The position numbers and the translations under genes are program-made. This document shows, piece after piece, positions 17,801 to 28,811 of a stretch of 64,000 bases of DNA; position 1 is the first letter of the stretch, and each line of letters starts with the position of its first letter. Source of the DNA: an uncultured virus (IMG/VR IMGVR_UViG_3300046455_000579) (Duplodnaviria > Heunggongvirae > Uroviricota > Caudoviricetes); the IMG/VR virus record IMGVR_UViG_3300046455_000579, one strand, 5' to 3'. Under the pieces are notes generated by a model that was given only the letters and a program-made list of their open reading frames with translations, did no database searches and was not told the DNA's origin.

Positions 17801-20719
17801 TCAGGCCACCCTTTCGAGTGTGAGGTAGGAGTCGAGGTAGAGAGTGGTGGCGGTTGCGTCGCTGGTTCCCTGGGCCCATTGGAGGGCGAACGTTCCAGCG
17901 GTGCCACCGACACGGACGGTTGCTTTGACCTGGACGCCGTATCCGTTGGCCGCGATGCCGCCGTAGGTGCGGGGGCTGGCCAGGTCGGTGGATTCGGTTC
18001 GGACGGCGTACCCCCAAGTGGAGGATGTGTCCTGCTGAGTTCCTCCGCCGCTTGTCCCGGAGATGACGGTGACGCCGTTTCCGAGGCCCTGCCAGGTGCC
18101 GTCCGTTCCGGACGGGAAGGTCCATCCCATCTTGAAGTCGCCGGGCCCAGAGTGCAGGAGGAGGCCTTCCACCGTGTACACGGCTCCCGCGTCCACGGCG
18201 AAGGTGATCTGGGTGTCGGTGGCCAGGGTGGTGTTGCTGGTCTTGGTCGCGTTGCTGGTGCGGTACTTGGTCTGGCGGCTTCCGATACCGGAGACGGTCA
18301 GGTTCCCGGCCACGGTGGCGTTGCCGTCCTTGTCGACCTTGAACTTGTCGACGGAGTTGTACTGGGCGCGTACCAGGCTGGCGGTGTGCCCGGTCTCGGC
18401 ATTGACGTAGAGGGCTGCGGATGAGGAGGCGGGTGCGAAGATCTCGAGTCGGGCTTTGTTGATCTGTCCGACTCCCTGCTGGAGCGTCAGGACGGCGTCC
18501 TGGGTGGAGTCGGCGGAGTTGCGGAATCCGATGCTTGCCGAGGTGCTGGAGAGGAAGATCCGTCCGCCGAGGTAGACCGAGGTGTCGGAGTCACGGACCC
18601 GTTCCGCGCACCAGAAGTCGGTGCCCAGGGCGCTGCCGAAGATGGTGCGCCACTTCATGTCGGAGAAGGCGCCCGCGGTGAAAAGGCCCGAGTTCATGCC
18701 GAGGACGGCGGCCGAGCCGGACACGTTGATGACGGCAGAGTTCGTACCTGCCGCGTTCGTCAGCCGCAGGTTCGGGAAGACGTCGTTCGGGTCGAGCCAG
18801 AGGATGGCGCCGTTGGTGCCTTTGACCAGCAGGCCGGAGGCGGACAGTTCACCGATCGCGGTGCCGCTCGAGTCGTAGACGAGGACCTTGTTGGCGGAGG
18901 ACTCGTTCAGGGTGATGCGCTGCCCGGAGGCGGCGGTCTGGATGAGGGCGCCGGTGATGGTGCCGCCCGTGATGGTCTTGCCCGTGATGGCGGTCGCCGA
19001 CAGGGCGGTCGCGTCCACCGCCCCAGCCGTGATCTTCGCCGCCGTAATCGCACCATCGGCGATGTTGACGGTGTTGACCACACCGGTCGGCAGGGTCTCC
19101 ACGGTGACCTGGTCGACCTGCATGACGCCGCCGGTGGCGCCCGTCAGGAGCCGGACGACCGGGCGGACGTAGCGGACGTTCGTGTGGACTTTGCCGGGTG
19201 ATTTCGGGTCCGGGCTGGCCGCGGTGGTGCCGGTGGACGCTGTGCCCTGGACGTAGCCGGTAAACGTGGTCCAGGCGGTGCCGACGCTGACCGTGACAGC
19301 GTTCGCGGCAATGTAGTGCTGGCCGGTGACGACGGCGTTGGCGCCGGTGGAGGAGACGCGGGTGGTGCCGTCCGCAGCGATCCCGACCAGGCCCATGGAC
19401 ACGTTCGCGGTGCCCGCGGAGGGCGCGGTGGTGGTGCGGACGCGGGCGGTGACCCGGTACATCGTGTCTGGGTCGTAGGGCGTGTTGACGTTCCGTTCGA
19501 GGGTGACCGGCCCGGCAGCCTGGGCGACGGTGCCGCCGGCGGCCGCGTCGGAGACTGCGGTGAGCCAGGTCGGGGTGCCGGCGTCGGAGGTCTGCGTCCA
19601 CAAGGTGGAGTCGCCCATGGCGTCGACCATTTTCGAGGCGATGGCCTGGGCGATGCCGACGGTCAGGGCGGTCGCGGTGACCGCTCCGGCCTGGATGTTG
19701 CCCGCGGCCACCGAGTTCACTGCGAGTTTCCCGGCCGTGACCGCGAGGGCGTTGAGCTCGCGCGCGGTGATGGCGTTCGCGTCCACCGTCCCGGCCTGGA
19801 CCGCGTTCGCGGCGATGTTGCCCGCTTGCACGCTGTTCGCGGCCAGGTTCCCCGCCTGGACGGCCGCTGCCGCAATGTTCCCGGCCACCACGCTGCTGGC
19901 GTCGAGCTTGCCCGCGATGACGGCCCCGGCCGCAATCTTTGCCGCAGTCACGCAGGTCGCAGCCAACTCGTTCGCTGTGATAACGCTCGCGACCAGCTTT
20001 GGCGTGGTTATCGCGCCGTCGCTGATTTCGGTGTTCCCCACCGCTCCAGCCGCGATGGCTGCATTCGTGACGGCGTCCGCGGCGATGATGGCTGCCGTGA
20101 CCGCCGCGTTGGCCAGGGCATCTGTGTCGATGGCCCCGGCCGCTACCTTCGCGGAGGTGACCGCGTCGTCGGCGAGTTTGAGCGTGGTGACGATGCCGTC
20201 GAGGATGTCGTCCGCGACCACCGGTGTCGGGCCGAACGGCCCCACCGTCACGGAGGGCGGGGAGGCGGCGCCGGAGGTGTTGCGGGCCAGGAGGCGGACG
20301 TAGACGGGGGTGTCGCAGGAGTGGACGACGGTGGCGCCTTGCGCGGTCTCGATCGTGGTGACGAGGGTGGCAGGGACCGGCGTGTAGACGGGGGTGATGG
20401 AGGCGTGGACTTCGACGCGCTGCCAGTCCATCGGAATGACCGTGCCGCCCGCGAACAGGCCGTCCCAGGAGACGGTGACTCCGCCGAGGACGGACGCGAC
20501 GATCGGGTCGGACGGCTGGGGCGGGGGCGGCCCGTTGACCGCTTGGACGCCTACGGTGCCGTCGCCCTGGACGCCGAGGATCGCCCGGACCTGACCGGAG
20601 CCGCTGTTCACGGTGACGGCGGCGTTCTCGATGGACGCGCCGTGTGCGAGCCGCTGCCCTTTGCGGACCTGGGCCAGGGCCCGCTCGAGTGCGGCGACCT
20701 TCTCGGGGACGGTGGCCAT
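17801..20719 (-). CDS. tail fibre / receptor-binding protein
   Basis: Decapeptide repeats (IAAGAVxAxK) and beta-rich domains; follows the tail-tip genes. Confidence 0.8.
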   Translation of the reverse strand: MATVPEKVAALERALAQVRKGQRLAHGASIENAAVTVNSGSGQVRAILGVQGDGTVGVQAVNGPPPPQPSDPIVASVLGGVTVSWDGLFAGGTVIPMDWQRVEVHASITPVYTPVPATLVTTIETAQGATVVHSCDTPVYVRLLARNTSGAASPPSVTVGPFGPTPVVADDILDGIVTTLKLADDAVTSAKVAAGAIDTDALANAAVTAAIIAADAVTNAAIAAGAVGNTEISDGAITTPKLVASVITANELAATCVTAAKIAAGAVIAGKLDASSVVAGNIAAAAVQAGNLAANSVQAGNIAANAVQAGTVDANAITARELNALAVTAGKLAVNSVAAGNIQAGAVTATALTVGIAQAIASKMVDAMGDSTLWTQTSDAGTPTWLTAVSDAAAGGTVAQAAGPVTLERNVNTPYDPDTMYRVTARVRTTTAPSAGTANVSMGLVGIAADGTTRVSSTGANAVVTGQHYIAANAVTVSVGTAWTTFTGYVQGTASTGTTAASPDPKSPGKVHTNVRYVRPVVRLLTGATGGVMQVDQVTVETLPTGVVNTVNIADGAITAAKITAGAVDATALSATAITGKTITGGTITGALIQTAASGQRITLNESSANKVLVYDSSGTAIGELSASGLLVKGTNGAILWLDPNDVFPNLRLTNAAGTNSAVINVSGSAAVLGMNSGLFTAGAFSDMKWRTIFGSALGTDFWCAERVRDSDTSVYLGGRIFLSSTSASIGFRNSADSTQDAVLTLQQGVGQINKARLEIFAPASSSAALYVNAETGHTASLVRAQYNSVDKFKVDKDGNATVAGNLTVSGIGSRQTKYRTSNATKTSNTTLATDTQITFAVDAGAVYTVEGLLLHSGPGDFKMGWTFPSGTDGTWQGLGNGVTVISGTSGGGTQQDTSSTWGYAVRTESTDLASPRTYGGIAANGYGVQVKATVRVGGTAGTFALQWAQGTSDATATTLYLDSYLTLERVA

Positions 20720-20721
20720 GG

Positions 20722-21819
20722 TCAGGAGTCCTCCGGCGATCCGTAGTGGAAGCTGTCGGCGCGCCGCAGCGTCAGGACGGCCTGGTCGGGGTTGTCGCCG
20801 GGCTGGTAGGAGTCGGCCGTGATGCGCGCCCATCCGGTGTACGACGTCCACTCGTTGTGCACTGCTACCTGGACGTCGTCGCCGATCTGCCAGGACCCGA
20901 GGCGGGCGTTGGGGTGGTCGCGGACGGTGATCTGGTCGACCTGGCCCATGATCTGAAGCTTGCGGCGTTCGGCGGTCGCGCGGCGGCCGAGGACGTCGTT
21001 GCCGTTGACGGTGGGCAGGGCCAGCACGGTCTCCATGCGGAGGCGGCCGTCGCGGGCGGGGTCGACGGCGAAGCGGGTGGCGGTGCCTTCGCCGCTGCCG
21101 GTGGCGATGACGACGTTGGCGTAGTCGTCCCCGGACCGCTTGACCGGCGGCGCGTTGATGATGTTCACGCCGGACCGGAAGCTGATGTCGGTGCGGCGGG
21201 CGCCCAGACGCGGGTAGCCGAGCGCGAGGCGCCGGCGGATGCTGCCGTTGGACTGGAAGGAGCAGAGGTTGGTGTACTGCGGGGCGCCGTCCTCGGACAC
21301 CAGGTCGTCTACCAGCTCGCCCAGCACCGGGGTCTCGTACCAGTAGGAATGCCACGGCTCGGCCGGCGTCCCGGACTTCGCGCTGGACGTGGTGGAGTCG
21401 ACGACGACGCCGAGGTTCCCGTCCGGCTGCTCCTGCGCGTACGCCCAGATGTCGCGGATGATGTCGCACGGGTCGGCGTACGTGTACGGACCGCGTCCGT
21501 TCAGTTCGCCGTGCTCGTCGTGCCGCTTGGTCAGGTACGACGACCAGGACGCGGCCTCGAGCCGGTACTCACCGCCTTCGGCTTCCACGGACCAGACGAG
21601 GCCGCCCCAGCGCAGGAACCCGTCCGCTTCCGCGTAGATCAGGGCGACGGCCGGTTCGACCAGTGCAGCGTTCGCGGCGACCCAGTGCGGGGCGAGGGTG
21701 GCGGAGAAGCTGCCGGGGCCGTTGAGTTCGTTGCCGAACTCCACCCCGGACAGCGGCAGTGCGGGGTGGAGGACGGCGCCAGTCAGCGCGTGCTGCGTGA
21801 AAAAGCGCCAGCGCCCCAT
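20722..21819 (-). CDS. minor tail (hub/Tal-like) protein
   Basis: ELNGPGSFSATL, LRWGG, GSWQIGDDV motifs typical of actinophage minor tail proteins. Confidence 0.75.
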   Translation of the reverse strand: MGRWRFFTQHALTGAVLHPALPLSGVEFGNELNGPGSFSATLAPHWVAANAALVEPAVALIYAEADGFLRWGGLVWSVEAEGGEYRLEAASWSSYLTKRHDEHGELNGRGPYTYADPCDIIRDIWAYAQEQPDGNLGVVVDSTTSSAKSGTPAEPWHSYWYETPVLGELVDDLVSEDGAPQYTNLCSFQSNGSIRRRLALGYPRLGARRTDISFRSGVNIINAPPVKRSGDDYANVVIATGSGEGTATRFAVDPARDGRLRMETVLALPTVNGNDVLGRRATAERRKLQIMGQVDQITVRDHPNARLGSWQIGDDVQVAVHNEWTSYTGWARITADSYQPGDNPDQAVLTLRRADSFHYGSPEDS

Positions 21820-22772
21820 CAGATGGCGCCCTCGGTGAACTCCACGTCGATGATGAAGCTGGTGGCGCCGTCCACGCCGATCTTCCCCGCGTTGGAGGAC
21901 CGGGTCCGCATGCGGGCCTTGAAGGCCTGGTTGGTGCCGCGCATCGCGGCGCCCGCAGTGGTGGTGAGGCTGATCGTCTCGGCCATCACCAGGGAGGGGA
22001 CGCGGCGGGCGGCGGAGCCCTGGTTGTCGTCGATGGAGACCCACTGGGCGGCCTCTTCGGTGCCCAGCATAAAACGGAAGCCGCCGAACACGTTGCCGTC
22101 GACCAGGCGTATGCCGCCGGCGGAGAAAACGACCTTTGCGGAGGCGGCCCAGGCGGGGATCGCGATGGTCGCCATGGTCAGGTTGGGGTGGGTCTTCCAC
22201 GTCTCCGAGGTGCCGGAGATCTCCACCAGCGGGTCGGACGCGTAGTACGGGTACAGGATGCGTTCGCGGCGCGGGTTGGCGACCTTCCGCAGGTCCACGA
22301 TCATCGCGGCGGTGATGGTCGCGGTCGAGGCCGGGATGTCGATGCGGGCCAGCGGGATCGCCGAGTACCCGGAGGGCACCGTCGTCGCGGACGAGCCGAC
22401 GTTGGTGACGACCTGCCAGTAGACGATCGGGTCCTCGGCCGGGTCGCGGGTGCCCTCGTAATCGGGGTCTTCGACGCGCAGGATCAGCATGTCGGAGCGC
22501 GGTGACCCGCCGGTGGCGGAGATCGACACGGTGTCGGAGCCGATGTTGTAGGCCGAGTAGTAGCCCTGGAACGTGTTCGCCTTCCCGGCGATGACGGCCG
22601 ATCCGTCACTGATCTGGACGCCGGCGCCGGGCGTGGACAGGGCGGACACCTTCAGGTCCAGGCCGGTGGTGACGCCCTGGTTGTCCCGCGCCAGGTCTTT
22701 AATCATCATGCGGAACTGCTGGGCGGTGTGCTCGGCCCCGGTGGTTGCGATCGGGGTGCCGTTGAGCGCCAT
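21819..22772 (-). CDS. minor tail protein
   Basis: PRSDMLILRVED…IPLARIDIPA…IVDLR motif. Confidence 0.75.
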   Translation of the reverse strand: MALNGTPIATTGAEHTAQQFRMMIKDLARDNQGVTTGLDLKVSALSTPGAGVQISDGSAVIAGKANTFQGYYSAYNIGSDTVSISATGGSPRSDMLILRVEDPDYEGTRDPAEDPIVYWQVVTNVGSSATTVPSGYSAIPLARIDIPASTATITAAMIVDLRKVANPRRERILYPYYASDPLVEISGTSETWKTHPNLTMATIAIPAWAASAKVVFSAGGIRLVDGNVFGGFRFMLGTEEAAQWVSIDDNQGSAARRVPSLVMAETISLTTTAGAAMRGTNQAFKARMRTRSSNAGKIGVDGATSFIIDVEFTEGAI

Positions 22773-22782
22773 GACGGGCCTC

Positions 22783-23679
22783 CTACAGGGCCTTGTAGGC
22801 GGGCCACCAGGTGACGGCCAGCGTGGACGTGAGCGTGTTGTCGGTGGCGTTCCACCGAATCTCGTTGAGGCCCGGGGTGAGGACGAACTGGTCGATGCGG
22901 GAGACGGCGGTGAGGGGGGCGCCGCCGCCGTTCTCGCGCAGCACGGTGCGCCAGCCGGGCCGGGTGTCGATCTGCACCCACTCCCCGGCGGCCAGCGTCG
23001 TCTGCACGGTCAGCGTCCGGCCGGAGCCGACGTGGGTGATGGAGGGGTTGGCGCACGGCCCGTTGACCCGCAGAACGGGTGCGGTGGCCTTGGTGCCGTC
23101 GACCTGGATGTAGCCGGGGCGGGCGATTGCGGATGCGGCTCCGGCGATCGTGAACGGGAACTGCAGGGGGAAGGTCATGCCGCCCTCGGTGAGGCTGCCG
23201 AGCGGCATGGACGTCGTCTCCGCCTGGTCGGCGTAGTAGAGGTGGTCCTGCGCCTGGAACTCGATGTCGAGCGGCGCGTAGCCGAAGATGACCTGTTCCA
23301 GGTTGGGTTCGAACTTTCGCAGGCGGCCGCGGACGACGCGGGTGGTACGGCCGGGGAACTTCAGCCGCAGGTCCATGGTCGTGCCGGCCTGCCCGCGGAC
23401 GGCGTCGGTGTCGGCGAGGTCCTGGAGGTCGGCGGCGATGTCGAGGACGCCGGGCACGTCCTCGACGACCTTGACGGCGGCGTCGATGCGGATGAGGCGG
23501 CCGGCGTAGTAGTCGGTGCCCAGCCAGGTGCCGTCCTCCCCGGGCGGGTCCACGTCGGCGGTGCGCAGCGGGGGCTGGCCGAGGCCTTCGACGGTTTTGA
23601 TGGGGATGCTGGTGCCGCGTCCGATGAGGACGCCGCCGAGTTCGTGCTGGAAGTCGCTCAGCTCGATGGGTGTGCTCAT
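22783..23679 (-). CDS. distal tail protein (Dit-like)
   Basis: Directly after the tape measure; GPCANPSI…LTPGLNEI motifs. Confidence 0.75.
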   Translation of the reverse strand: MSTPIELSDFQHELGGVLIGRGTSIPIKTVEGLGQPPLRTADVDPPGEDGTWLGTDYYAGRLIRIDAAVKVVEDVPGVLDIAADLQDLADTDAVRGQAGTTMDLRLKFPGRTTRVVRGRLRKFEPNLEQVIFGYAPLDIEFQAQDHLYYADQAETTSMPLGSLTEGGMTFPLQFPFTIAGAASAIARPGYIQVDGTKATAPVLRVNGPCANPSITHVGSGRTLTVQTTLAAGEWVQIDTRPGWRTVLRENGGGAPLTAVSRIDQFVLTPGLNEIRWNATDNTLTSTLAVTWWPAYKAL

Positions 23680-26600
23680 CCGCGTGCCCCTACTCCGCCG
23701 CGGGCCAGGCGCCGCAGCTGGTAGCCCTGACGGCTGTCGATGTCGCGGGCCAGGTCGCGGTCGGACCGGCGGTCGCCGATGTGGTAGTGGTTCTCGCCGA
23801 TCAGGGGGGCCTGCTGACGGATGATGATGATCTTTTCTTTGGTGGCGTCCCGCAGGCCCACGCCGAACCGTCCGGCGACGTCGGCCAGGACCGGCATCGC
23901 GGAGCTGCGCTTGTTCGCGCCGAGCGGGATGTACGCCTCGCCGCCGGTGGACGGCTCGGCGAAGGTGACGGCGCCGCCGCTGGTGGAGTAGATTCCGGAG
24001 CGGATCCCGCCGTCGGCGTACGCGAGGCCCTTGTTGGCCTTGCCCAGGTCGGACAGGAAGCGGGTGGCGCGGGTGCCGAGGCTCTTGCTGATCTGGCTCT
24101 TGGCCTTGTTGGCGACCGTGATGATCTCGTCTTCGCCCAGTGCGGTGGTCGCGGCGACGTCGTGCAGGCCGGTCTTGCTCGTCTTGATCGCGGCGATGAT
24201 GGAGACCAGTTCGGACACCTCGTCGGCCGTCAGGGCCTTGTTCGCGGTCTTCGCTGCGTCGTTGGCCTTGGACGCCTTGCCCTTGTCCTTGACCGCGGCC
24301 GCGGCGAGGTCCTGCGCGGCCTGGTCGTTCTGGGCGGCCAACTGGGCGGCGAGGTCCCCGAAGCCTTCGGCGGCCAGCTTGGCCAGGTTGTCGCTGAACG
24401 TCTTGTTCAGCACGTTGGCCTTGCCCAACTGGCGGGTGTAGTCCTCGAGCGTGGCCTTGGCCGTCTTCTGCAGGTCCCGGAGCGCCTTGGACATGTCGTT
24501 GATGTACTTGGTGGAGCCGGTGGCCATTTTGTGGGCGAGTTTCATGCCGTCCTCGCCCATCGCGGCGAGGGCGTCGGCGACGTCCCCGCCGGCCCGGCGG
24601 GCGACGGCCTCGAGGTCCTTGTTCCAGGCGGTGGTGGCCTTCGCGGCGGACTTCAGCTTCTTCTCCACCGCGCCGATGTCGAAGTACTCGACCTCTTTGG
24701 TCTTCCACTTGCCCTTGACCTTGACCTTGACCTTCTTGGTCTTGTGGCCTGCCTGCCCGGCGTCGGAGGCGGAGTAGAGGGACCCGCTGGTGGGGTCGTA
24801 GCGCCAGTCGGTGACGTTGCCGTCGGCGTTCCAGTTGATGCCGCCCGGGTTGCCGCCCAGACGGCGGACGATCTCTTCGGTGATGGCGCGGGAGCGGGGC
24901 CGCTTGGAGGCGGCGAACGGAACGTAGCCCTCGCCCTGCGTCTCGGGCTCACCCCACACCCGCCACGATCCGCCGGGGGCGATCTGCGCGACGTGGTTCT
25001 CGGCGCCGCCAGCGAAGCGCTGTACGCCGCCGCGCTGGATGCCGCCGTTGGCGTAGTGGTCGACGATGCCGCCGTTGGAGTATCCGGCAAGGTTCTTGTT
25101 GGTTCGCGCGACGGTCGCTTCGACGTTGATGGTGTGCCGGACGGTGGTGAGCGTGACGGTTTTGCTGCGGATCCTGTCGATCGCGGCCTGGATGGCGCGG
25201 GCGGTCGCGCTGGCCCGGTCGATGACGCCTACGGGGACGTTCTTGCCCTTGACGCTGGACAGTTTCGCGATGAGCAGGTCGAGGTCGGCGCGAGCTCCCT
25301 GCGTCGGTGCGGTGATCTTGTATTCGCGGGTGCCGGGGATCAGCTTGATTTTGTAGCCGAGGTCCTCTAGTTCCCTCTTCGCGTCCTCGCCCAGAGCGTC
25401 AATCTTGATGGTCTTCTTGGTGGGCTGCGCTTTGAACTGGGCCTGCACCGCCATCAGTTCGGCGAGGGTGGAGTCGACGCCGTGGGTGGACAGCAGGATG
25501 GACACCTGTCCGGGGATCAGCCCCATGGAGTCGGCGACCCTCCCGGCCTGCGTCGCGGTCAGCCCGTACCCGCCCATCAGGTCGATGGCGGCCTTGCGGG
25601 ACTTCTCCATCTCCGCGCGCGCGGCCGCCATCGACTCGGGCAGTCCCTTGCCCTGCGAGTCGGCAAAGTCGTAGGCGGCCACCGCCGCGGAGGCACTTCC
25701 GTCGGCGACGGTGTTGAGGGTGTTGAAGAGGTCCTGGCCGTTCTTGGTGGTGGTGTCGAGCTGCCCGTTGGTCTTCACCAGGGCTTTGCCGTAGCCGGCC
25801 GTGTGGTCGATGCCGTTCTTCATCGCCTCGTTGGCGTTGGAGATGGCCTCGTTCACCCGGGCCTGCGCGGCCTGCAGGGAGACGCTGCCGCCGGACAGCA
25901 GGTCCAGGGCTTCGCGCAGGGCGCGGGTACGGGTGTCGGCGTCGCCGGTCCTGTCGGCCAGCGCGCCGACGGCGGTCTTGAGCCGGTCGTAGGCGGTGAC
26001 GCCGTTGCTGGCCCCGTTGACGCCTTCGTTGTAGTCGCGGGCGTCTGCGGCGGCTTTCTTGAAGTCACCGGACAGGCCGGACAGCCCTTGGCGCAGGTCG
26101 TCTGCTGCCTGGCCCTGTTTGTTGAGGGCATCGCCGCCGACACCGGACTCGGGGTCCAGAACCCAGTGGTGGTTCGCTGCGGCGACATCCTCGAGGTGTT
26201 TTTGCAGCTTGCCCAGGCTGGTGCCCTGGTTGGTGTAGGCGTCGACCAGTTCGGACATCGGGACTTTCGCGGTCCGCGCGAGGTCGACGAGGCGCTGCTG
26301 TCCGTCCAGCGTTGTTTTGATCTTCTGCTGCATCAGGTTCTCGGTGGCGATGGAGCGCACCGATTCGTTCACGACGCCGTTGGAGTCGCGTAGTGCCTGG
26401 GACAGGCTGCTGATCTGCTGCTGGTGCTCGGCGGCTGCCTGGGCGGCCTGCTGCTGCTTGGTGGCGAGGAAGCCGAGTCCGATGGTGGCGGCGGTGATGG
26501 CCAGGCCCCACGGTCCGCCGAGGGCGCCCATGAGGCCGCTGCCGAGTCCGCGGGCGGCGGTCCCGGCGGCTGCGCCGATCCCGCGCAGGGTGCCGGTGAA

Positions 26601-28769
26601 GCCGGTTCCGGCGGCTGCGGCGGTACGGAACGAGGCCCCCATCCGGCCGATGATCGGGACCCGGGCCTGGAGGACGGAGAGCGCTGCCCCGTACCGGGTC
26701 AGGGACACGCCGGCCGCGGCGGCCAGCGACCGCTGCACGGCCATCTGCCCGCTCAACGATCGGAAGGCACCGGTGACGCGTCCGGACACGGTGCCGGCGA
26801 GCGCTGCCATACGCGGCTGGATGCGGGAGGTCAGCATCGCGGCGAGGACGAACTGCTGGATCGGGCCGGGCAGCGCGCCGAACGCGGAGACCAGCGTGCC
26901 GACGAGGTGGCCGATCGGGCCCAGTACGACGGAGACCGCTGATACGGCGGCCATGACGAGGTCCAGGGCTCCCACGACGATGTCGAGGGTGGAGGCCACG
27001 GTGCTGCCCTCGCCGGTGAGGTCGCCGAAGGCGGACACGACGGGCTGGACGCCGTCGGCGAGGTTGCCGAGGACGTCCATGACCATCTTCCCGGCGTTGA
27101 TGATCAGGTGGAAGAAGGCGGCGATGCCTTCGCCCGCGAGGTCCTTGAACGGCTCGGCCAGGCCTTCCGCGGAGTCCTTGATCCCGTCGAACTGGGCGCG
27201 GGCGGCCGCGAGAAGGTCGGGCCCGAACACGGAGCCCAGGTCGTTCATGTGCTTGAAAAACTGTTCGATCTTCGGGGTGGCGTCGGACAGGCCGGCAGTG
27301 ATGCCGCGGGTGAGGAACTCCAGGCCGGGCGCCATGCCCTGGTAGATCGTCAGGCCGGTCTGCTTGGCCTGGGTCTTGAGCTGGAGCATGGCGCCGGCGA
27401 GGCCCTTGCCCTTGGCGGCGGCGATCTCGGAGGCGGCGCCGGTGTCGGACACCGCGGCCATCAGGTTGTCGAAGCTGTCGACGCCCTGGTGGGCGAGGGC
27501 GATGGCGCCGGACATGGCCGGCTTGCCCATGGACTTCTTGACGGCGGCCGCGAAGTCCTTCTGGCTCATCTTGTGCTGGGCGTGGGACAGGCCGTCGATG
27601 ACGTAGCGCAGGCCTTTGAACTGCCCGGACGCAGACCACGCTTCGATGCCCATGGCCTTGAGGCCTTCGATCATCTGCGGGGTGGGGGCGGCCAGGTTGG
27701 CCATCATGCCGCGCAGTGTCGTACCGGCGGTCTGGCCGAGGATGCCGGCCTTGCCGAGCATGCCGACCGCGGACGCGGTCTCCTGCATGGTGACGCCGAG
27801 CCCGTGCGCGACCGGGCCCGCGTACTTCATGGCGTAGTAAATGTCGATAATGTCGCCGGATGCGGCATTTGCCGTAGCGGCGAGGGTGTCGGCGGCCTTG
27901 CCCGCCTGGTCGGCGCCCATGCCGAACTGGTCCATCATGTCGCCGAGATACTTCGCGCTGTCGGCGGCGTCTACCTGCGCGGCGGAGGCGAGGATCAGGC
28001 TGGCGCGGGTGGAGGAGATGGCCTGGTCGGTACGGAACCCGGCCTTGGCGAGTTCCACCATCGCCTCGGCGGCGTCCGCGGCGGTGGCGCCGGGGATGCT
28101 GAGGTCGTTGCCGAGCTGGTTGGCGGTCGCCCCTGCGCGCTGCATCTGCATGGCGGTCGCGCCGGTCGTCGCCCCGAACGCGTTCATCGACTGCTGGAGT
28201 TCGCCGCCCATCTTCAGCAGCTCGGCGCCGCCGATGACGAACGCCCCGCCGGTCAGCAGGTTGGCCAGGGACATGAGCTGGCGGCGGGCGTGCCCGGACT
28301 CGTCACCGATGCGGCGCAGGCCACGGACGCTGCCGCCGCCGACCCGGGCCAGGCGTGAGTCGGCGCGTCGGGCCGCGTCGGCCAGGCGCAGCAGGTCCCG
28401 GACCGCACCGTCGATCTGCCCGGACATGCGGGCGAGTTGCCGGGCGGTGGTGCGGGAGTGATCGCCCAGGGTGTTGACGTGCCGCTGGGCGCGCTGCGCG
28501 GCATCCCCGTAGCGGCCGAGGTGGCGGGCCGCGGCCTGGGCGCCCTCTCCCAGCCGGGTCAGGTTGCGGCCTGCCGTGCGGGCTTCGCGACCCAGGGTGC
28601 GCAGGTGCCGGGTCGCGGTGTCGGCGGCCTGCCCGAGTTCCTTGACCTCGGTCTTCGCGGTACGTGCGGCATTCCCGAGGCTGCGGGCGTGCTTCGCCGA
28701 CGACTTCAGCGACTGGGCGAGATCATTACCGTGCCCGCGGATGTCCACGGACAAGTTCCAGTTGGCCAC
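23676..28769 (-). CDS. tail tape measure protein (TP901-type)
   Basis: 1697 aa, Ala/Gly-rich; AADAAEAMVELAKAG, AGTTLRGM, LGGPWG. Confidence 0.92.
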   Translation of the reverse strand: MANWNLSVDIRGHGNDLAQSLKSSAKHARSLGNAARTAKTEVKELGQAADTATRHLRTLGREARTAGRNLTRLGEGAQAAARHLGRYGDAAQRAQRHVNTLGDHSRTTARQLARMSGQIDGAVRDLLRLADAARRADSRLARVGGGSVRGLRRIGDESGHARRQLMSLANLLTGGAFVIGGAELLKMGGELQQSMNAFGATTGATAMQMQRAGATANQLGNDLSIPGATAADAAEAMVELAKAGFRTDQAISSTRASLILASAAQVDAADSAKYLGDMMDQFGMGADQAGKAADTLAATANAASGDIIDIYYAMKYAGPVAHGLGVTMQETASAVGMLGKAGILGQTAGTTLRGMMANLAAPTPQMIEGLKAMGIEAWSASGQFKGLRYVIDGLSHAQHKMSQKDFAAAVKKSMGKPAMSGAIALAHQGVDSFDNLMAAVSDTGAASEIAAAKGKGLAGAMLQLKTQAKQTGLTIYQGMAPGLEFLTRGITAGLSDATPKIEQFFKHMNDLGSVFGPDLLAAARAQFDGIKDSAEGLAEPFKDLAGEGIAAFFHLIINAGKMVMDVLGNLADGVQPVVSAFGDLTGEGSTVASTLDIVVGALDLVMAAVSAVSVVLGPIGHLVGTLVSAFGALPGPIQQFVLAAMLTSRIQPRMAALAGTVSGRVTGAFRSLSGQMAVQRSLAAAAGVSLTRYGAALSVLQARVPIIGRMGASFRTAAAAGTGFTGTLRGIGAAAGTAARGLGSGLMGALGGPWGLAITAATIGLGFLATKQQQAAQAAAEHQQQISSLSQALRDSNGVVNESVRSIATENLMQQKIKTTLDGQQRLVDLARTAKVPMSELVDAYTNQGTSLGKLQKHLEDVAAANHHWVLDPESGVGGDALNKQGQAADDLRQGLSGLSGDFKKAAADARDYNEGVNGASNGVTAYDRLKTAVGALADRTGDADTRTRALREALDLLSGGSVSLQAAQARVNEAISNANEAMKNGIDHTAGYGKALVKTNGQLDTTTKNGQDLFNTLNTVADGSASAAVAAYDFADSQGKGLPESMAAARAEMEKSRKAAIDLMGGYGLTATQAGRVADSMGLIPGQVSILLSTHGVDSTLAELMAVQAQFKAQPTKKTIKIDALGEDAKRELEDLGYKIKLIPGTREYKITAPTQGARADLDLLIAKLSSVKGKNVPVGVIDRASATARAIQAAIDRIRSKTVTLTTVRHTINVEATVARTNKNLAGYSNGGIVDHYANGGIQRGGVQRFAGGAENHVAQIAPGGSWRVWGEPETQGEGYVPFAASKRPRSRAITEEIVRRLGGNPGGINWNADGNVTDWRYDPTSGSLYSASDAGQAGHKTKKVKVKVKGKWKTKEVEYFDIGAVEKKLKSAAKATTAWNKDLEAVARRAGGDVADALAAMGEDGMKLAHKMATGSTKYINDMSKALRDLQKTAKATLEDYTRQLGKANVLNKTFSDNLAKLAAEGFGDLAAQLAAQNDQAAQDLAAAAVKDKGKASKANDAAKTANKALTADEVSELVSIIAAIKTSKTGLHDVAATTALGEDEIITVANKAKSQISKSLGTRATRFLSDLGKANKGLAYADGGIRSGIYSTSGGAVTFAEPSTGGEAYIPLGANKRSSAMPVLADVAGRFGVGLRDATKEKIIIIRQQAPLIGENHYHIGDRRSDRDLARDIDSRQGYQLRRLARGGVGARG

Positions 28770-28811
28770 CGGTACGCCCCTCCCTCGCTGCTCGACTCGT
28801 GCGGTGTGCGG

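Noticed and set aside
11916..20719. Diversity-generating retroelement or invertible tail-fibre cassette
   Set aside because: No reverse transcriptase, TR/VR pair or invertase seen; the repeats are ordinary protein-level repeats
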